Of a DNA stretch of 24,658 bases, positions 24,481-24,658 are shown one piece after another. Made by a program: the position numbers and the translations under genes. Under the pieces are notes generated by a model that did not search any database, was not told the DNA's origin, and saw only the letters and a program-made list of their open reading frames with translations. Source of the stretch: Anaerolineae bacterium (GTDB lineage Bacteria > Chloroflexota > Anaerolineae > Anaerolineales > Villigracilaceae); the NCBI GenBank assembly GCA_041480185.1, contig JBGOZL010000001.1, positions 1 to 24,658 on the forward strand. Reading direction: 5' to 3'. Position 1 is the stretch's first letter, and each line of letters opens with the position of its first letter.

Positions 24481-24658
24481 TAAATCACTTCCCCCAGCGC
24501 GCCGAGGACAGACATCAGCGTGGGGTAGTCGTCCCGAAGAAGGGTGATCAATTCCTGGGTGGCCTGTTCAACCCATTTATCGTTTTTTGTCTTTTGTTTT
24601 ACCTGCAGGATGTGGGCAGCCAGCAACTCTCCGATCGGGATATCCTTGGCCTGCAGGA
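24480..24658 (-). CDS. 3' end of a gene truncated by the window edge; resembles the C-terminus of Chloroflexota HAS-barrel proteins
   Basis: Open frame not in the ORF track: LQAKDIPIGELLAAHILQVKQKTKNDKWVEQATQELITLLRDDYPTLMSVLGALGEVI*, stop at 24482-24480. Family call is from recalled similarity (P..ELLAAH...ELx.LL..DY..L) and position upstream of herA. Confidence 0.55.
   Translation of the reverse strand, partial: LQAKDIPIGELLAAHILQVKQKTKNDKWVEQATQELITLLRDDYPTLMSVLGALGEVI

Overview
24.7 kb bacterial chromosomal window. Protein families and the Pro/Thr-rich envelope proteins suggest Chloroflexota, probably Anaerolineae (inference). Left part: tRNA-Leu(CAA), ychF, a short ssb paralog, panC, an alpha/alpha-barrel hypothetical protein, and a probable operon of a GH63/amylo-1,6-glucosidase-like protein plus two tandem DarA/PstA-type PII-like c-di-AMP receptor paralogs. 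Middle: class A PBP, membrane Hanks-type Ser/Thr kinase with a TolB-like propeller, PAP2 phosphatase, TgpA-like transglutaminase, and a GAF-PAS class III adenylate cyclase. Right part, all on the minus strand: the truncated 3' end of a probable HAS-barrel gene, an orphan beta-class N4C/N6A DNA methyltransferase overlapping (ATGA) a divergent uracil-DNA-glycosylase-fold gene, HerA, five small membrane proteins and an MFS transporter. No CRISPR array, rRNA or transposase is visible. Best leads: (1) the MTase + UDG-fold pair sitting inside a HAS-barrel/HerA locus; (2) two diverged c-di-AMP receptors co-transcribed with a glucosidase-like gene; (3) apparent leaderless promoters; (4) a promoter firing antisense through the tRNA; (5) a 45-bp near-perfect palindrome. 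All family calls come from motif recognition, not database searches.
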